From: Botryllus schlosseri
Taxonomy: Eukaryota
DNA length: 64,000 nt
NCBI GenBank assembly: GCA_051294905.1
Contig: CM119371.1
Span: 13,580,001 to 13,644,000, forward strand
Direction: 5' to 3'
In this document: piece by piece, positions 63,501 through 64,000 of the stretch
Layout: each line of letters opens with the position of its first letter
Position numbering within the stretch: the stretch's first letter is position 1
Translations under genes and position numbers: made by a program
Notes under the pieces: model-generated
The model's database searches: none
Seen by the model: the letters and a program-made list of their open reading frames with translations, nothing else
Told to the model about the DNA's origin: nothing

Positions 63501-64000
63501 TTATGCTTACTAATTCATAACATATTTTCAGTGATAATAACAATTGTCGCAAGCCACGAAAATGTTATGATGTAGGCCTACTGATATTTTTGGCAATAAT
63601 CTGCTTCATAATTTGATTGTGCAAAATGTTCTCGCAATAAATTCATTGAGTTTCAGAAACATACATCTTCTTCACTTGACTCTATTCTTGTTTCAAGAGC
63701 AAGCCTAGTATCATGAACTTGTAGTACTTTCACAATGTTGCTCCATAGATATCCTTGTCATATTCCACTCTATGGCAACAGGAGAGTCCTGCGTTTTCGT
63801 CGTCTTCGAGCAGAAAGAGATTACTCAGTATTTTGCAAATGAACCGAATTTGAGGCGGAGACACTGACATTCCTACATTACATTCCTACTTAATAGTTCT
63901 TTCACCAACAGTCGCAAAGTAAAAGTCACCTGGAAATGCATGCATTTGTTTCATTCATACAACAGCTGTAGCAGTAGGCCTACAGATTACAACACATATT
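60546..64000 (+). mobile_element. Putative autonomous hATm-like transposon (right end outside the window)
   Basis: Candidate left terminus TAGGGTTGTTCAGATTTG at 60546, about 600 bp upstream of the ORF. No inverted copy found before 64000. Confidence 0.55.
61156..63441 (+). CDS. Intact hAT-superfamily (hATm-like) DDE transposase, 761 aa
   Basis: Uninterrupted ORF with IHWDGK (D1), FDTTSSNSG (D2), CRHH (CxxH), HHARW and VVNDAAERGVK (E). The subfamily assignment is from recalled motif similarity. Confidence 0.85.
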   Translation: MSEEKRRKVVSDPPKTRSKSGHYLIGYSSECISHSKLPTLRQVLQYLLYLKENCPKTTKTQEVLLQTVKEVAKVWNMARIPMKQLQNIVSMLRKVHDTWYDLKKSKDRSGDVGGKRQAFCDKLDKLWDIGHSEAISLIKNDSQLSPSQKNEDVAFYEDQQHSRSARLAGKDKIFERSQAQIPTEISDEPISASASTSSSDEFVTLMSSSSGEETSTPPSEYDAAIKYPSFIKLQAPRNLLDDKHISDVLDRLKLTDNQATMLLSAFIQACGGDIDDFVLSRSSIKRHREANRLEVSHEIFESFQQDLPNHAAIHWDGKLTEDRFGTSYEALAMILCSYPQHTDGMLLGIQKIDHATGEIQAKTAFQLISDWNLQNSISALVFDTTSSNSGWKKGAAKLLEDLIGKKMLYHACRHHVLELVVKSVWKCIFGCQTTGPENTVFNNFKKNWTKIDRTAPTRILEVPEDYSERAANVIAHLTQAFNKKDFFTRDDYKLCFINTLAILGAQFRANHQRPGPTHHARWMGTILYSQNMFMWADQMQYSECFIRQLKRMNLFLSLFYVPAWLDCSIGRDAPGNDLRFIQEMHGYTTTDKEVAESACNKLMKHPWYIVEETVVYALFSEKESYHTRKSIASRLLEVEKPQTYRRGPPVFSSERTIDGSTTLADLVGPQSWHLFIEFKCSGEWLNQPVKQWPEYESYKIMSRFVSTVKVVNDAAERGVKLNTDYAAIITDDELQKKSLLQVVAQHRQKYQSFKKSALKFI

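Overview
AT-rich, repeat-dense animal (metazoan) DNA. Its style resembles an invertebrate chordate such as a tunicate, but the organism cannot be established from the sequence. One host gene is detectable: the 3' half of a + strand, multi-exon NLR-like/LRR gene. It has 8 intact exons from 12675 to a stop at 47527, all downstream introns are phase 0, and most exons open on an LRR-like IxxLxL strand; a dead paralogous exon lies at 23620. Its introns and flanks contain a full-length Nimb/I-group LINE with a 16-bp TSD (26741-34983, minus strand), a CR1-group LINE (about 16290-21891), and more than 15 non-autonomous DNA transposons. Most of these are hAT-like with 8-bp TSDs, they are nested up to four deep, and each family carries its own short subterminal motif array. 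The first 9.3 kb is a large inverted duplication (arms of at least 1.7 kb, each with the same tRNA-derived SINE) around a modular spacer containing a 202/204-bp dimeric tandem array. The window ends in an intact 761-aa hAT-superfamily (hATm-like) transposase ORF. All alignments were done by eye and no database searches were run.
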